A DNA stretch of 64,000 bases from positions 57,290,001-57,354,000 of the forward strand of contig CM052817.1 of NCBI GenBank assembly GCA_028534125.1, read 5' to 3'. This document shows, one piece after another, positions 63,201 to 64,000 of the stretch. Position 1 is the first letter of the stretch, and every line of letters starts with the position of its first letter. Both the position numbers and the translations under genes were made by a program. The DNA is from Lama glama (lineage: Eukaryota). A model generated the notes under the pieces. That model did not search any database. It had not been told where the DNA came from and saw nothing but the letters and a program-made list of their open reading frames with translations.

Positions 63201-64000
63201 CCCCTTCTCTCCACCTTCTCACTCTCAGCCTCTAAACATGCATCTCACTCCCTCACTTAAAAGAATATCTCAATCCTCTCTCCACTGAGAAAGTGCAAAG
63301 ACAAGTTCAATGACTGAACTTTATGTCCCTTACATCATATCTCTAAAGTCCCAGTCACATCATGGATACTTCAACGTGGTTCTCTCTCCCCTAACTGTGA
63401 TGGATTTGCTCCCCAGCCTTCTAGCCAAGCCTGGGGGGTGCAGGTAGTGGAGAGAGCTTAGGCAGATCTGTAGAGTCAGGCAGGTATAGGTGTCTTCCCC
63501 AGCTCTCCCACTTAGCATCTCATCTATACAATGGTGGGAGCAGTTGACAGTTTGGTGGGATTGAGGACTGAGATCAACGCAAAGTTCTTCCTTCTCCCAC
63601 CATCAAGGGCAGGGACCATGATCTCAGTGATCTTCATCTCTATCTCCAGTCCCCAGACATGTGCCTGGCCAATAGAAAATGTTTACCACCTGTTTGTGGA
63701 ACTAACACGCAACAGAGATAACCTTAAGATAATATTAAATGTATTAAATATCAGACACCATGAAGAAATAGGAAGGAAAAACATAAGCTTTTTAGAAGTG
63801 CCAAGAAATCCCTGGAAGTTGAGCAATTATCCAGAAATGGACAAGAGGAGGAAACGTAAGCACGAAGTCCTGTGATAACTGCAACAAAAAAGGTAAGAAA
63901 CTAAAGATTGCCAGAAGGACTCTGATGTTTTGTTTCCCAGTCCTTCAAAAAAAAAAAAAGAAATTTCTAATAAAAAATTTTGAACAATTTCTTTTTGGCA

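Noticed and set aside
1..64000. CRISPR arrays, operons or prokaryotic defence systems
   Set aside because: Sequence is mammalian; no repeat-spacer arrays or gene-dense ORFs

Overview
This is mammalian nuclear DNA, not prokaryotic, and is most likely camelid (alpaca or camel). The evidence is a tRNA-Ala-derived Vic-1-like SINE and young, near-identical L1 3' ends. The window is repeat-rich and looks intergenic. I could not support any cellular protein-coding exon, and the ORF track is mostly repeat, low-complexity or N-gap artefact. A CpG-island promoter at about 1.2-2.0 kb (BANP/ZBTB33 palindrome, GC box, YY1-like motif, minus-strand splice donor) probably drives an unidentified gene that leaves the window to the left. 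A second CpG-rich island at about 49.5-50.3 kb carries two co-oriented CTCF motifs. There is a full-length U6 snRNA retrocopy with TSDs nested in an old L1, and an L1-ORF2/non-L1 chimeric retroposition with its own polyA signal, tail and TSDs. The rest is L1, L2, CR1, MIR, MaLR/ERV LTRs, hAT MITEs and two 500-N assembly gaps. Repeat family names come from recalled consensus sequences, not a database search. I found no convincing new biological system; the best leads are the chimeric retrocopy and the orphan CTCF island.
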